Below are positions 52,172 to 64,000 of a stretch of DNA of 64,000 bases, piece by piece. The position numbers were made by a program, and so were the translations under genes. Each line of letters opens with the position of its first letter. The stretch's first letter is position 1. The stretch covers positions 117,368,001-117,432,000 of the forward strand of contig CM059432.1 in assembly GCA_030390025.1 (NCBI GenBank). The letters are read 5' to 3'. The DNA comes from Squalus acanthias (lineage: Eukaryota). Under the pieces are notes generated by a model. That model saw nothing but the letters and a program-made list of their open reading frames with translations, was not told the origin of the DNA and searched no databases.

Positions 52172-52630
52172 TTTTATTCGCTTACGGGATGTGGGCGTCG
52201 CTGGCAAGGCCAGCATTTATTGCCATCCCTAGTTGCCCTTGAGAAGGTGGTGGTGAGCCGCCTTCTTGAAACGTTGCAGTCCGTGTGGTGAAGGTACGCC
52301 CACAGTGCTGTTAGGTAGGGAGTTTCAGGATTTTGACCCAGGGAGTGAATGTTTAAGGTGGTAGATGGGATGCCAATCAAGCGGGCTGCTTTGTCCTGGA
52401 TGGTGTCGAGCTTCTTGAGTGTTGTTGGAGCTGCACTCATCCAGGAAAGTGGAGAGTATTCCATCACACTCCTGACTTGTGCCTTGTAGATGGTGGAAAG
52501 GCTTGGGGGAGTCAGGAGGTGAGATGCTTGCCGCAAAATACCCAGCCTCTGACCTGCTCTTGTTGCCACAGTATTTATGTGGCTGGTCCAGTTAAGTTTC
52601 TGGTTAATAATGAACCCCAGGATGTTGATA
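52172..52630 (-). mobile_element. 3' fragment of the same LINE family as 14573-17790
   Basis: ATRAGQRLGILR...YKAQVRSVMEYSPL; same 3' tail. Confidence 0.85.
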
Positions 52631-52774
52631 TTTGACAGATGCTGCCTGGCCTGCTGAGTATTTCCAGCATTTTCTATTTATATTTCAGATTTCTAGCATC
52701 CACAGTATTTTGCTTTTGTATATAAATGCGTTGTTGTTGCTGAAAGACGGCACCTCCAACAATACAATTCTCTA

Positions 52775-52992
52775 CACCAGGGGGCTGTGGATGTTCAGTC
52801 GTTGAGTATATTCAAGACTGGAATCGATAGATTTTTGGGCACTGAGGGAATCAAGGGATATGGGGATAGGATGCGAAAGTGGAGTTGATGTTAAAGTTCA
52901 GCCATGATCTGATTGAATGGTGGAGCAGGCTCGAGGGGTCCAAAATGGAATAAAAAGGGCCCACTCCTGCTCCTATTTCTTCTGTTCTATGT
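52775..52992 (+). mobile_element. Short CR1 3' tail
   Basis: CAGCCATGATCT...GGAGCAGGCTCGAGGGG...CTCCTGCTCCTATTTC. Confidence 0.75.
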
Positions 52993-53276
52993 GCCTCAGT
53001 AGTGCACAAAGTGACAGCCTAGATTGTGTGCTCAATTCCTGACATACCACATGAACCCCAACCTACCGACACATCGGCAAGAGTTCTACCAACTCAGCTC
53101 TGCCTGTCTTTACCCAGGTGCAGGGCCTGGAAAAAAGTGGCCCTCTTACAGCAAGTAAGTTCCAAGTGACTATCATTTACAAGTGAACATCGATGGTGAA
53201 TGTTAGCCAACTCTTCAACCAATTCAATTATAAGGGGATTGAAACCAATCCTCATTCCAACATTCAAATGCATGAA

Positions 53277-53655
53277 GCAGTATGGTAGTATAGTGGTTAT
53301 GTTACTGGACTAGTAATCCAGAGGTCTGGACTAATGATATCTGAAACATGATTTCAATTCCCACCATGGCAGCTTGGGAATTTAAAATCAGTTAATTAAA
53401 TAAATCTGGAATTTGAAAAAAAAAAGCTAGTATCAGTAATAGTGAAACTACCAGATTGTTGTAAAAATCCATTTCGTTCACTAATGTCCTTTAGGGAAGG
53501 AAACCTGCCATCCTTACCTGGTGTTCCCTATGTGTGACTCCAGACCCACAGCAATGTGGTTGACTCTTAACTGCCCTCAGAAGTGCCACTTATTCAAAGA
53601 AGGTGGCTCACCACTGCCTTCTTGAGGGCAATCAGGGAAGGGGAATGAATACAAA
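53277..53655 (+). mobile_element. tRNA-derived SINE sharing both head and tail with the LINE at 14573-17790
   Basis: TAGTATAGTGG A box, degenerate B box, body TTCACTAATGTCCTTTAGGGAAGG, tail AAGGTGGCTCACCACTGCCTTCTTGAGGGCAA. Confidence 0.8.
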
Positions 53656-53692
53656 AAAAGTCACTGTATGGTCAGCTAATCATTAGATATAC

Positions 53693-54592
53693 TGTAAGAT
53701 TTTCAAAATTTGCAGATCCCCAAAACATATATCGAAAGAAAAAATAAGGACTTTGGAAATTTAAAGGAAACATGCCTGAACATGTACGGCACGTGCCTGG
53801 TCTGGGAATTCAAAGACCAGCAAAACATTACCATTTGGACAATAGGCCCTGGGGAAAGCTGCCCCACCCAAAACACAGAGCCCATAGGAATGCTAGGACC
53901 AGCAAGGAACCCAAAGCAGCAGAACAATGCAAGCTTCCATGGTACCACAACGCAGACAGGATGTAAGCCATTTGATTTGGTTTAGCATAGCTGAAAGCCC
54001 ATCAGGATTTTAACAAGACAATGAACAGGCCTCACCTGAAAACTGACTGCATCACAAAACCAGTTTTTTTCATGAGGAGTTTGGGGGGGGCGGGGTGGCG
54101 AAGAGGACTATAATTGCAGCAGGACCCAAGATTTCTCTCTCTTTTCGACTCGACCGACTACGCAGGAAGCAGGGGTCTCTGGCAGCACTGCCCAGAAGCC
54201 ACATGGTGAAGGAAGACGTTCGATGACCAGAATCACCATCGACTTACCTGGCTGGACCACGGATTGTTAATACCACTGTCTGGTGAGCATTATCCCTGAT
54301 CTCCTGAAACCGAAACCTAGCTAGAAGTGGGAAGTTTTGGGAGGGATAAAGGTTTTTATTTTTCTTGTATACTGTCATTTTCCTCGCCTGTAACCGTGTG
54401 CTCCCCAAACCTGTTTAAGTGTGAAGTGTGTTTAAGTTTGTTACCTTTTAACTTTAATAATATTTATAGTTCTTTCATTGGAACCTGTGGCCTACTGCAT
54501 TTTTATTCACAACCCCTAAATAAGTCCAAGTTTTGAACCTGGGGCGTGGGAGCGATTCGAACCGCTCACTTTATAACAACCACACCCTTACA
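53693..54592 (+). repeat. 5' LTR of ERV-B (900 bp)
   Basis: Direct repeat of 61465-62382. Confidence 0.95.
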
Positions 54593-56392
54593 ATGGCGAC
54601 CATGGCAAGGACTTGGCAAAAGGGTTGTGAAGCAGTAGACACTGATTCAGAAGAGAGAACTATAATGGAAGAGAGGATTTCAGATTATGTATTCAGCAAA
54701 GTGAATATGGAAAAGAAGTGGGTCACTAATCTATTAAAAACTGGGTGCCCGGTAGATGCAGCAGCTAAATGGACAGAAGGGAATGATCTTAAAAAATCCT
54801 TAGAAAAGGCAGTCTGGCTGATGTGCTTCTAGAAACAGATCCAACTTTTGGACAGACTAGTTGAAGCACAGGCAGCCGAGATTTGGCAGTCGGCCCTGGA
54901 AGTCCAAACGAAGGCCCTAGCAGGGGAGAAGTTACTGTTAGCATTGCAGGCGCTAAACCAGGAAAGGGTGCAGTTAGTAGGGGAACACAAGACCCGACAG
55001 GATTACTTACAGTGTCAGGTCACTGAGGCCAAGAACAATGAGCTGAGGTTGCAGGAAAAGAATGCCCGCCTGGCAAAACAAGTAAGAGAGCAGGAGGAGA
55101 CAGTAAAAGGCTTACAGACAGCCTATAAGGTAATGAGCGCACAGGGGTTTGAGGATGCGGACCACGGCCCCTGCCAGAAGCAGATAGAGAGGCTCAGCCT
55201 TGCTCTAAGGAAGGCAAGAGGCGTGGTGTGCCTCATAAGCCCAAGTGCAGCCCAGGTCGACTTTACAGGGAACCTGGGGAGAACGGTTCAGACACCAAAG
55301 ATAGCGCCAAGCGACGACCTGGTTGAGGAGCGGGAGGGCCCACGACCGCCACCCATAGCGCCAAGCTTTAGCGCAGTCTGGCAAGAAGAAGGGGTGGAGT
55401 TAGGGGCAGAAGCTGAGGTGGAAAAAACCCCGCAAGAAAGGCTGGGACCGGGGCCGATGTGCCCGGCCCGGCAGGACAGATTTGGCCCACCCACTGATAA
55501 CGGGGATGCGGGACCCCTCCAAAGCCAGTTCGTGGCTCCCCACGGTACACAACAGCTTAGGGTTATGGTAAGCCACCTGAGTAAACTCACCCAACAAGGG
55601 GACCCCTCAGTTCACTTCATAGAAATAGAACAGGCAGCAAGCATTAACGGCTGTGACAATGCCGAGATGGCAAAAATGCTCCTGTTCTCACTAGACAGCC
55701 GGTTATATCAGACTCTCTCTGCTGAGAGCAAGAGAGGACAGAATGGGTATGCGGCCATCACTGAGGAAGTTTTAGAGGCAATGGGGATGAATGAGGGAAG
55801 TCCTTTCTCCCGGGTGGAGAAAACAGTGCAGCTCGCAGGAGAGACCCCACAAGCTTTTGCAGACAGGCTGTGGCCCGTGTACAGGGGTGCTTGTGGTGAG
55901 GATCTTAACAGGGATCACCTAAACTGGGATGAGCTGGCCCACTGGCTCCGTAGCCTAGTGGCAAACAGCTTGCCTCGGATCAAAACCCAGGCTGAGCTTT
56001 GGTTTGACCCGAAAGACCCCCGGGGCACCGAAGAGGCAGTGGTCAGACAGCTGAACCTGGCCTACCGGAACGGGAGAGGGGCGGAAGAGCCCCCACAAAA
56101 AGGGAAAGTACATGAAATAAAACCAAGCCAGAGTAGGAAGGAGTGGCATCAGGAGGGGAACAAACCTTCCAGCACAAAGCTCAACTGTTATGGGTGTGGG
56201 AAGGATGGTCACTGGAGGAAGGAGTGTAAGAATCCTTGGAAGGATAACAAGGGAAAGAATTCCTCAGCCCCAGCCCAAAAAGCAGAGACAGGGATCCCTC
56301 CCACCACGGTCGAGTCATTTTTGGATGCCATGAGGTCCCTATTGACTGGCCCAGGGAAGGTAGCAGCAGCCCCATACAACCCAGACTTCTGA
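54593..56392 (+). pseudogene. gag: Gag of ERV-B (coiled-coil N-terminal region, capsid-like region, CCHC); one premature TAG at 54830-54832; start ATG could be 54593, 54602 or 54665
   Basis: ORFs 54533-54832 and 54848-56392 are in the same frame; CYGCGKDGHWRKEC. Confidence 0.88.
54594..54612 (+). promoter_or_regulatory. Primer binding site, tRNA-Arg-like
   Basis: TGGCGACCATGGCAAGGAC, 1 nt after the LTR; resembles the complement of a tRNA-Arg(UCG) 3' end recalled as TGGCGACCGCGGCAGGAC; tRNA identity not verified. Confidence 0.7.
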
Positions 56393-58580
56393 CTGGAACC
56401 AGCGCAGCCTGCCTACTTGTGTCCCCTTGAAAGACACGCACAGGAAGAGACCTCCTGTAAGGAGGTCAGGTTAAATGAGCAGGCCTTACGGGAGGAGAAC
56501 GCCCGCTTAATGGGGAAAGTAGACGGGCTAGAAGGGCAGCTTAGAGACATAAAGGCAGCCTACAGGGTAGCCAGGAGCAGGGAGTATGAGGATTTAAACC
56601 ATGGGCCCTGTGAGGAAAGGATAAAAGGTCTGACCCAAGCCCTATCCAAAGCCAGAGGGATGGTTTGCTCAACAACCCCAGGGGAATTCACCACCCCGCA
56701 GTTGCAAGCCATGGTAGCGGAGTTGACCAAACTGGAACAGAATAGAAATCTTCGGCCTGCAGCAGGCAAGATTTCACAGAATGCACAAGCCGGCGCAATG
56801 GCTTGTCTTAGGGGAGGGGCCACCCCACCACCCCACCACCCCACCCACCGTTTGAACATAAGAACATAAGAAATAGGAGCAGGAGTAGGCCAATCGGCCC
56901 CTCGAGCCTGCTCTGCCATTCAATAAGATCATGGCTGATCTGATCCTAACCGCCAATCTACTATCTACTATCACAGAACCATCTCCTGCATCTAACAGAA
57001 TTGCACACATGAAATAGGAGCAGAATCAGGCTACACGGTCCCTGGGCCCGCTCCACTACCCACAGGGCCATGACCGATCCGAACCTAGACTCATGTCCAA
57101 ATTCCTGCCCGCTCCCCGTAACCCTTAATGCCCTTTACTTCTAGGAAACTGTCTATTTCTGTTTTAAATTTATTTAATGATGTAGCTTCTACAGCTTTTT
57201 GTGGCAGCATATTCCATGGACCTACCACCCTCTGAGTGAAGTAGTTCCTCCTCATCTCAGTTTTGAAAGAGCAGCCCCTTATTCTAAGACTATGTCCCCT
57301 AGTTCTAGTCTCACCCGTCATCGGGAACATCCTCCCCGCATCCACCCGATCCAACCCCTTCACAATCTTATATGTTTCAATAAGATCGCCTCTCATTCTT
57401 CTGAACTCCAATGAGTAGAGTCCCAATCTACACAACCTCTCCTCATATGACCACCCCCTCATCCCCGGGATTAACCGAGTGAACCTTTTTTGCACTGCCT
57501 CGAGAGCAAGGATGTCTTTCCTTAAGTAAGGACACCAAAACTGTATGCAGTATTCCAGGTGCGGTCTCACCAATACCTTGTACAACTGAAGCAATACCTC
57601 CCTATTTTTATATTCTATCCCCCTAGCAATGAAAGCCAACATTCCATTTGCCTTCTTAATCACTTGCTGCACCTGCATACTAACCTTTTGAGTTTCGTGC
57701 ACCAGGACCCCCAGATCCCTTTGCACTTCAGTACTCTCCAGTTTCTTGCCATTAAGATAATAAATTGCTCTAGGATTTTTCCTGCCAAAGTGCATCACCT
57801 CACACTTTCCAGTGTTGTATTCCATCTGCCAAATCTCTGCCCACTTACTTAGCCTGACTATGTCCCCTTGCAGGTTTTTTATGTCCTCCTCACTCACTAC
57901 TTTCCCTCCCATCTTAGTATCATCTGCAAATTTTGATATGTTACACTTGGTCCCTTCCTCCAAATCGTTAATATAGATTGTAAAGAGTTGGGGACCCAGC
58001 ACTGACCCGTGTGGAACATCACTAGTTACTGATTGCCAGTCTGAGAATGAACCATTTATCCCAACTCTTTGCTTTCTGTTAGATAGCCAATCCTCTATCC
58101 ATGCCAGAATATTACCCCCAATCCCGTTTGGGACATTCCCCCAATCCTCTGGGATTTAGAGGAGGAGGAGCCCGAACCAGATAGCCCCGCCCCCGAACCA
58201 GGTGTTGAACCAGCACCAGGCTGCGAAGAGTCACCTGACCCTGAAACAGGTTTAGGAGAGGTACAGCCTGAGGATAGAAATCCCCAGCCAGTGGCAGTGG
58301 AGATTCACAGACCACACAACAGGGGGCAGTGGCTCGTGTTAAAGACCCACCAGCCAGAAAACCCCCACCAGCCAGAGCCCCTAGAAGGTCCCCACGTACG
58401 CCACAGCCAAAGAAACTGTGGTCACCGGCTCCCCAATTTAAAGGGGCCGCCCCTCAAGCCAGGGGTCGATCTGAGGACAGAGGTTCCCGGCCAGCAGCCA
58501 TGGGCTGCAAGGGACCAAAGGTACAGGACAGGGCGGCCACACCAAAGGGAGTAGTGTGCTCCAGTCCTGACAGGAGTTAG
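56393..58580 (+). pseudogene. Readthrough ORF replacing pol: protease-leader stub, diverged Gag-segment copy, integrase acidic/basic tail; split by a CR1 insertion
   Basis: LEPAQPAYLCP (ERV-A LEPAQPVYLCP); EDLNHGPCEERIKGLTQALSKARGMVC (Gag EDADHGPCQKQIERLSLALRKARGVVC); QAGAMACLRG (ERV-A tail QAGKAACIRG); PRRSPRTPQPKKLW (ERV-A PRRSSRKPQPRKMW). Confidence 0.75.
56855..58123 (-). mobile_element. CR1 LINE insertion within ERV-B, with two 3'-tail segments
   Basis: Open 303-aa RT C-terminal ORF 57091-58002 ([28 protein letters not shown]); flanked by direct repeat CCGTTTG at 56848-56854 and 58124-58130. Confidence 0.9.
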
Positions 58581-58827
58581 GCTAGCCGTCCGGAGACGGG
58601 CGGCGAATGTACATAGCTTTTGTTTATTAAATTTTGATATAGTTAAGTTTGGGTGTTTTTAGTTAAATTTTAAGTAAGGTGGTTGGTAGTTTTAAAATGT
58701 TATAATTTCAAGAATGTTTTGTATTGAGTCGAGGTCGCAAGACCCGACTATGCTTCACCCAAGCCAGAGAATCTACTCGGGACCTGGCTATATGCTCTTG
58801 TGGCTCCTTACTGAAGGGATTGTCGAT

Positions 58828-61176
58828 ATGAAGGGGGGCATACTCCTACTCGCTCTGATAGGAATGAGCGCTGGGAGGCGAGGTGACGTGGAGGACTCCC
58901 ACATCTATGGGTGCTCAGGAGTGAGAGCACCAGTCGTCACCGCAGGGGGTGGCGAGCGGGGAGTGGAGGAGCTCGCCATCTACTTCCACGAGGGAAGGTG
59001 GCCAGGGTGGCTGGGGTCCAACTCTACTAAATACTCCAACCAGCCCAGGTTCACGTACGGGGAGGCCTCCCTCCCATGCCCCAGAATACAGGTCGTTGCC
59101 ACAAGGGTCAGTGTCACCGAGGGAAAGCGTGTTGCCTTACCTGTAAGGGACAAATTCCCCTAAATAGGTGGTGGTGGCTCAGGAAGCTGAGCAGGGACGC
59201 AGGGGACCATACAGCCGACTGGGAAAGATTAGGGAACGACACCCACCGGACAATCACAGGGACCCAAGGAGGAGTCAGTGTTTGTTAGGATAAGTGGTGG
59301 GAGTCGGAACAGGGAGTCTATGTTTGTATGTGGGGATCAGAGGAAGCCTGCCCCACAGGGGTATCCATCATCTTCTCCAGCCAATGGCAGGATGCCGGGG
59401 AGGGGATAGGGTGGGATTCTAGCCTGCATGGGTGCGTGGTCCCACACATTCCGGTCCCAGTTAATGCCACTGAACTCGTGGCACACACCCGAAAGCCCCT
59501 ACCCACGACCCAGGTACCGAAAACCCTGGAAGAAAGGTGTCCTACCACCACCAAGGGACCAGGGAATGGGTTAGTCCTAGTACCAACCGAAAAGGTACTA
59601 TACCAGGGGGTACACTATGCAGTAGCTTCAGTAATATTAAACCTCACCGAGGTATACTTACCTGAGTGGTGTCCTAAGGAGACGGAGCAACTGTACCAGG
59701 CCCTGCTAAAGGAAATGTTTAGGAAATTTTACGAATTTGATTTTGCCAATATAGACAAAGTAGAGCTATACAGAATACACCCTGAGAACCTTTTGGGCAT
59801 GGGTAGACAAAGAAGGGGAGCCTGGAATGATGTCTTCACTGCCTATAGTACAGGGTCCTCTGTAATAAATAGCCTGGATGACATGGAATTACAGACACAG
59901 ATAAATGGTTTAAAAACCCAGTTAAGAAAGATCCTGAAGGATGGGAACACAGTGGTAGGCTCAGAGCTACATGAGGACCAAGCTATGACGGTTCATTTAA
60001 AGGGAAATTATTGCAGAATTGGAAAGGCATGCCAAAACAGTAAATGCACTCATACGGGAGGATAGGAATGCATCGGATCAGGCTGCACAGAATGAGGTGT
60101 GTGTGCTGTACGGGGCATGGTTGCTGGGCGAGGGCCGTAGCAACCTGGAGGATTTAAAGCAAGGTTTAGTCCCCTCCTGCATCAGCAACAAGCACCTCGC
60201 AGCCCTCCACCCGTTTAGTAAGTCGTTGAGCCCATGCCAATTTCATCTAGCCTCTGAAGCCTACCCTGTCCCAATAGATTGTGGGTGTTCAAATCACACT
60301 ATCATGGGGATAGTAGTGAGAATGCCGGTCATGAGTGGGACAGCCCGACCCGTACCGGTATACAGGGTGGAGAACATTGGAGTCATTCAAGGGGGTGCAC
60401 ACATCCGTTTTACAGCTGTCCCACCTTATGTCATAAAGTGGGAGCACGCCATGACAGGTACTGACCTCTCCGGGTGCCGGAGCCGGGGTTCACACATAAT
60501 ACTGTGTCCCCAGCACTTGAACGCCTATTCGAAACCACAGTGCGGGTTTAAAGCTGCTGGCGCACGACCTATCAATTGTACCATATAGGTGATGGCACAC
60601 GGCCATGTTTCCCCACAGGTAGCATATATAAGGGGTGGGACATATTGTGTCACCACAGGTGCGTCCCACTACCAGCATGGACACTACTGGTGTCCGGTAA
60701 GTGACAGCAGTTTCTGCTTTAAACCCGAAGCAGAAGTTCAAGTGGCCCAGGAACGGATTGTCCCCATTCCTGAACCCTCCACTGTTCACCTCACTGTAAC
60801 ACAAAATTTCACCAACCTGCAAAAATATGTAGCACATTTTGCCTATGAAATTCCCCCTCTACCAGAACGCCTTACCAAGTTACTAAAAGCTGTACAGCTC
60901 TCTCAAAAACATTTCTACACTTTAGAACAGAATACACACGAGATAGAGAGAGAGATTCAAGGTATCACAGTCCCACCCTGGTGGGACATCTTTGAAAACA
61001 TAGAGGTCCCTTCATGGGTCAGAATGGCTTCCCATCTCCTCGTAGTTTGCCAACTGGGAATAGTATTGCACCTGGTGTGCACTCAGTGCAAGAGAAAGGG
61101 CAGAATACTACAGTTCCGAAATGAAAGGACTTGGAAGAAGCATTATGCTGAGGTGGAGAGAGATACACCTCTTTGA
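58828..61176 (+). pseudogene. env: env of ERV-B; frameshifts near 59135 and 60003, stops at 59286 and 60586
   Basis: MKGGILLLALIGMSAG signal peptide; EQGVYVC Ig motif; GRQRR/GAWNDVFTAYSTG; TM LLVVCQLGIVLHLV; collinear with ERV-A env. Confidence 0.9.
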
Positions 61177-61454
61177 ATTTTTTTATTCTGTGTCCCTGAA
61201 TAAAGATTGTTGTTTTTTTGTGTTTTGTTCTTTTTAATAAAGATATGTGTTTTCCCAAGCAGTGCAGGGGTGTCGGACCCTCTCCGTGCTTGGTTGTGAA
61301 ATAAAGATTTTCTTACCTGTATGTACCTAAAACACCACATTTAAAGGGGAATGTATGTTTGGGGTTTTAGTTTAGGTAATACAGGGGAAGGTTGGTTTTC
61401 GGGGATCAGGAATTTTGTCCACCCAGGACAATACTGTAGTGAACTGAAGTATCG

Positions 61455-61464
61455 CAGGAGGGAC
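61455..61464 (+). promoter_or_regulatory. Polypurine tract of ERV-B
   Basis: CAGGAGGGAC abutting the 3' LTR. Confidence 0.85.
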
Positions 61465-62382
61465 TGTAAGATTTTCAAAATTTGCAGATCCCTAAAACAT
61501 ATATCGAAAGAAAAGATAAGGACTTTGGAAATTTAAAGGAAACATGCCTGAACATGTACGGCACGTGCCTGGTCTGGGAATTCAAAGACCAGCAAAACAT
61601 TACCATTTGGACAATAGGCCCTGGGGAAAGCTGCCCCACCCAAAACACAGAGCCCATAGGAATGCTAGGACCAGCAAGGAACCCAAAGCAGCAGAACAAT
61701 GCAAGCTTCCATGGTACCACAACGCAACAGGATGTAAGCCATTTGATTTGGTTTAGCATAGCGGAAAGCCCATCAAGATTTTAACAAGACAATGAACAGG
61801 CCTCACCTGAAATCTCACTGCATCACGAAACCAGTTTTTTTCATGAGGAGTTTGTGGTGGGGGGGCGGGGCGGGGGGGGCGGTGGGGCGAAGAGGACTAT
61901 AATTGCAGCAGGACCCAAGATTTCTCTCTCTTTTTGACTCAACCGACTACACGGGGAAGCAGGGGTCTCTGGCAGCACTGCCCAGAAGCCACATGGTGAA
62001 GGAAGACGTTCGATGACCAGAATCACCATCGACTTACCTGGCTGGACCACGGATTGTTAATACCCCTGTCTGGTGAGCATTATCCCTGATCTCCTGAAAC
62101 CGAAACCTAGCTAGAAGTGGGAAGTTTTGGGAGGGATAAAGGTTTTTATTTTTCTTGTATACTGTCATTTTCCTCGCCTGTAACCGTGTGCTCCCCAAAC
62201 CTGTTTAAGTGTGAAGTGTGTTTAAGTTTGTTACCTTTTCACTTTAATAAAAGTTATAGTTCTTTCATTGGAACCTGTGGCCTACTGCATTTTTATTCAC
62301 AACCCCTAAATAAGTCCAAGTTTTGAACCTGGGGCGTGGGAGCGATTTGAACCGCTCACTTTATAACAACCACACCCTTACA
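61465..62382 (+). repeat. 3' LTR of ERV-B (918 bp)
   Basis: Direct repeat of the 5' LTR; AATAAA at 62246-62251; longer G tract than the 5' copy. Confidence 0.95.
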
Positions 62383-62689
62383 ATACTCCTTGAGCCATTT
62401 CCTTCGCAAGCCATCCAGTGGTCTCACTTGCCAATTACTGCTGAATAAAAGGTAGTTTTCTTCTGCGTCCATTTGGAACTGCCCAAGCTAATCTCGCAGT
62501 TAAAGTAAAGATTCCTCCCGGTGCACCAGATCCCACAGGTGAAAGTCTGGTGCCTAATGCTAACAAAGTCCCCTAAATATATTTTTTTAAATAGAAGAGA
62601 AAGTTGGTCCTGTACATTAAATATAGAGAGCAGACTGTCTACCTGTTGACTCCATGTAATAATCGCCAGGCCAATACTGAAAAAGAAAA

Positions 62690-63125
62690 GAAAGACTTGC
62701 ATTTATATAACGCCTTTCATGACCTCAGGATGTCCTAAAGCGCTTTACAGCCAATGAAGTACTTTTAAAGTGGAGTCACTGTTGTAATGTAGGAAATGTG
62801 GCAGTCAATTTGCACACAGCAAACTCCCACAAACAGCAATGTGATAATGACCAGATAATCTGTGTTTAGTGATGTTGGTTGAGGGATAAATATTGGCCAG
62901 GATACCGGGGATAACTCCCCTGCTCTTCTTCAAAATAGTGCCATAGGATCTTTTACGTCCACCTGACAGAGCAGACATTTAACATCTCATCCAAAAGACG
63001 GCACCTCCGACAGTGCAGCACTCCTCAGCACCGCCCTGGAGTGTCAGCCTAGAGTTTTGTGCTCAAGTCTCTGGAGTGAGACTTGAACTGACAACCTTCT
63101 GACTCAGAGGTGAGGGTGACAACTG
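62690..63125 (-). mobile_element. Deu-domain SINE, near full length
   Basis: Reverse complement of the 11231-11640 family, including the tRNA-like head. Confidence 0.8.
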
Positions 63126-63779
63126 AATTAAGATGTTGTAGAAAGACAAGATAGATGAAATAAAGGAGCATATTTATTTTGGGCTTGCTCTGTAAATAAT
63201 AAAATTATTGCTTTGTGCCTTCCAATTTGTGTGCGTGTCTCACTTAAGCTTCTGTTTATATTTTCATAACATTCTATCTATCATCCCCCTTCCACAGGGA
63301 GTGGGGTCATCCTTTAGGCAAGCACAGTTCAGTAGTGCACAAACTCCATCTGTTCTGGGATGCAACGTTTAAGTACCTCCAGCAGAACATCCAGAAGCAA
63401 AGGGAACTGTGGTGCCCGCAGCAGCACTAGCATAAAGTTATTAAGGCAGATGATGGATCAGCAGAGGCAGAACCTCCTAGCAGCTGCCAACATACTTGGC
63501 AGGTAGGTTACGTCTTAAGCAGCTGGCTCACCAATGCTTCTACACAGAAGAATGATGAGCAATCCAGAACCATGGTTTGCAATGCAACCGAACTGTAGCC
63601 AGGGGAGAAGCCAAAGTCTGAGTAAGTGGACCTTCACTCAGAGAAACGTAACAGGTAAATACCCTGATGTTAATCACCATTTGGAAATAAAAGTGATATT
63701 CTCTCTTTTCATGACTAAATGTTATGCTGTAGTGACGTTTTACCTTTTGAGGGAAGGTGCTCTAAAGGAATTTCTATGA

Positions 63780-64000
63780 AGTGTGTATAAGTGTGTGTGG
63801 GTGTGAGTATATTTATGTAGGTGTGTGTGTGGGTGTGGGTATATTTGTGTGGTTTTGTGTATATGTTTGTGTGTGTATATGTGTGGAGGTGTGTGCGTGT
63901 GTGTGAGTGTGGGTACGTATATGTTTATGGGTGGGTGTGTGTGCGGGTGTGTGTGTGTATGTGGGGGGTGTATGCATGTGTGGGTGGGTGTATTTGGGTG
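63780..64000. repeat. Degenerate (GT)n microsatellite
   Basis: Directly visible. Confidence 0.9.

Larger units (their letters stand above)
53693..62382 (+). mobile_element. ERV-B: complete, pol-less provirus (LTR-PBS-gag-chimeric ORF-env-PPT-LTR)
   Basis: Near-identical LTRs with TGTAAG...CTTACA ends; 4-bp TSD ATAC at 53689-53692 and 62383-62386; gag and env homologous to ERV-A; no PR/RT/RNase H/IN catalytic motifs. Confidence 0.93.

Noticed and set aside
57091..58002. RT ORF as the missing pol of ERV-B
   Set aside because: It is antisense, of non-LTR CR1 type (FADD), with its own tail and flanking duplication
61482..61784. Accessory ORF in U3 of the ERV-B LTR (also 53710-53985)
   Set aside because: Starts at TTG, differs by a frameshift between the two LTRs and has no recognisable motif; not supportable without more copies
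62424..62575. Possible minus-strand exon next to ERV-B
   Set aside because: Splice signals are weaker and no frame gives a recognisable peptide

Overview
Eukaryotic, repeat-dense genomic window. The CR1-type LINEs, Deu-domain SINEs and PIF/Harbinger elements point to a cartilaginous fish such as a shark; this is an inference from repeat content. No host gene is confidently recognisable. The main content is two related endogenous retrovirus-like proviruses and a solo LTR of the same group. ERV-A (1-11230, 5' end outside the window) has gag, a UGA-CUAG readthrough stop, pol (PR-RT-tether-RNase H-IN) and env. ERV-B (53693-62382) is complete, with LTRs, PBS, PPT and a 4-bp TSD, but has no pol. 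In its place is an in-frame readthrough ORF built from a diverged second copy of a Gag segment fused to the integrase tail. Both Env proteins resemble F-type class I fusion proteins (lokiretrovirus-like) and carry an N-terminal immunoglobulin-like domain. Both elements share covarying RNA hairpins upstream of env and near the LTR 3' end. Other content: a 10.2-kb 9-bp satellite expanded inside a Harbinger derivative (its giant ORFs are artefacts), a nest of Harbinger transposase/Myb remnants and MITEs, many CR1 fragments, and a LINE that appears to start with a tRNA-like Pol III head shared with a partner SINE. All homology calls were made by eye from motifs; no searches were run.
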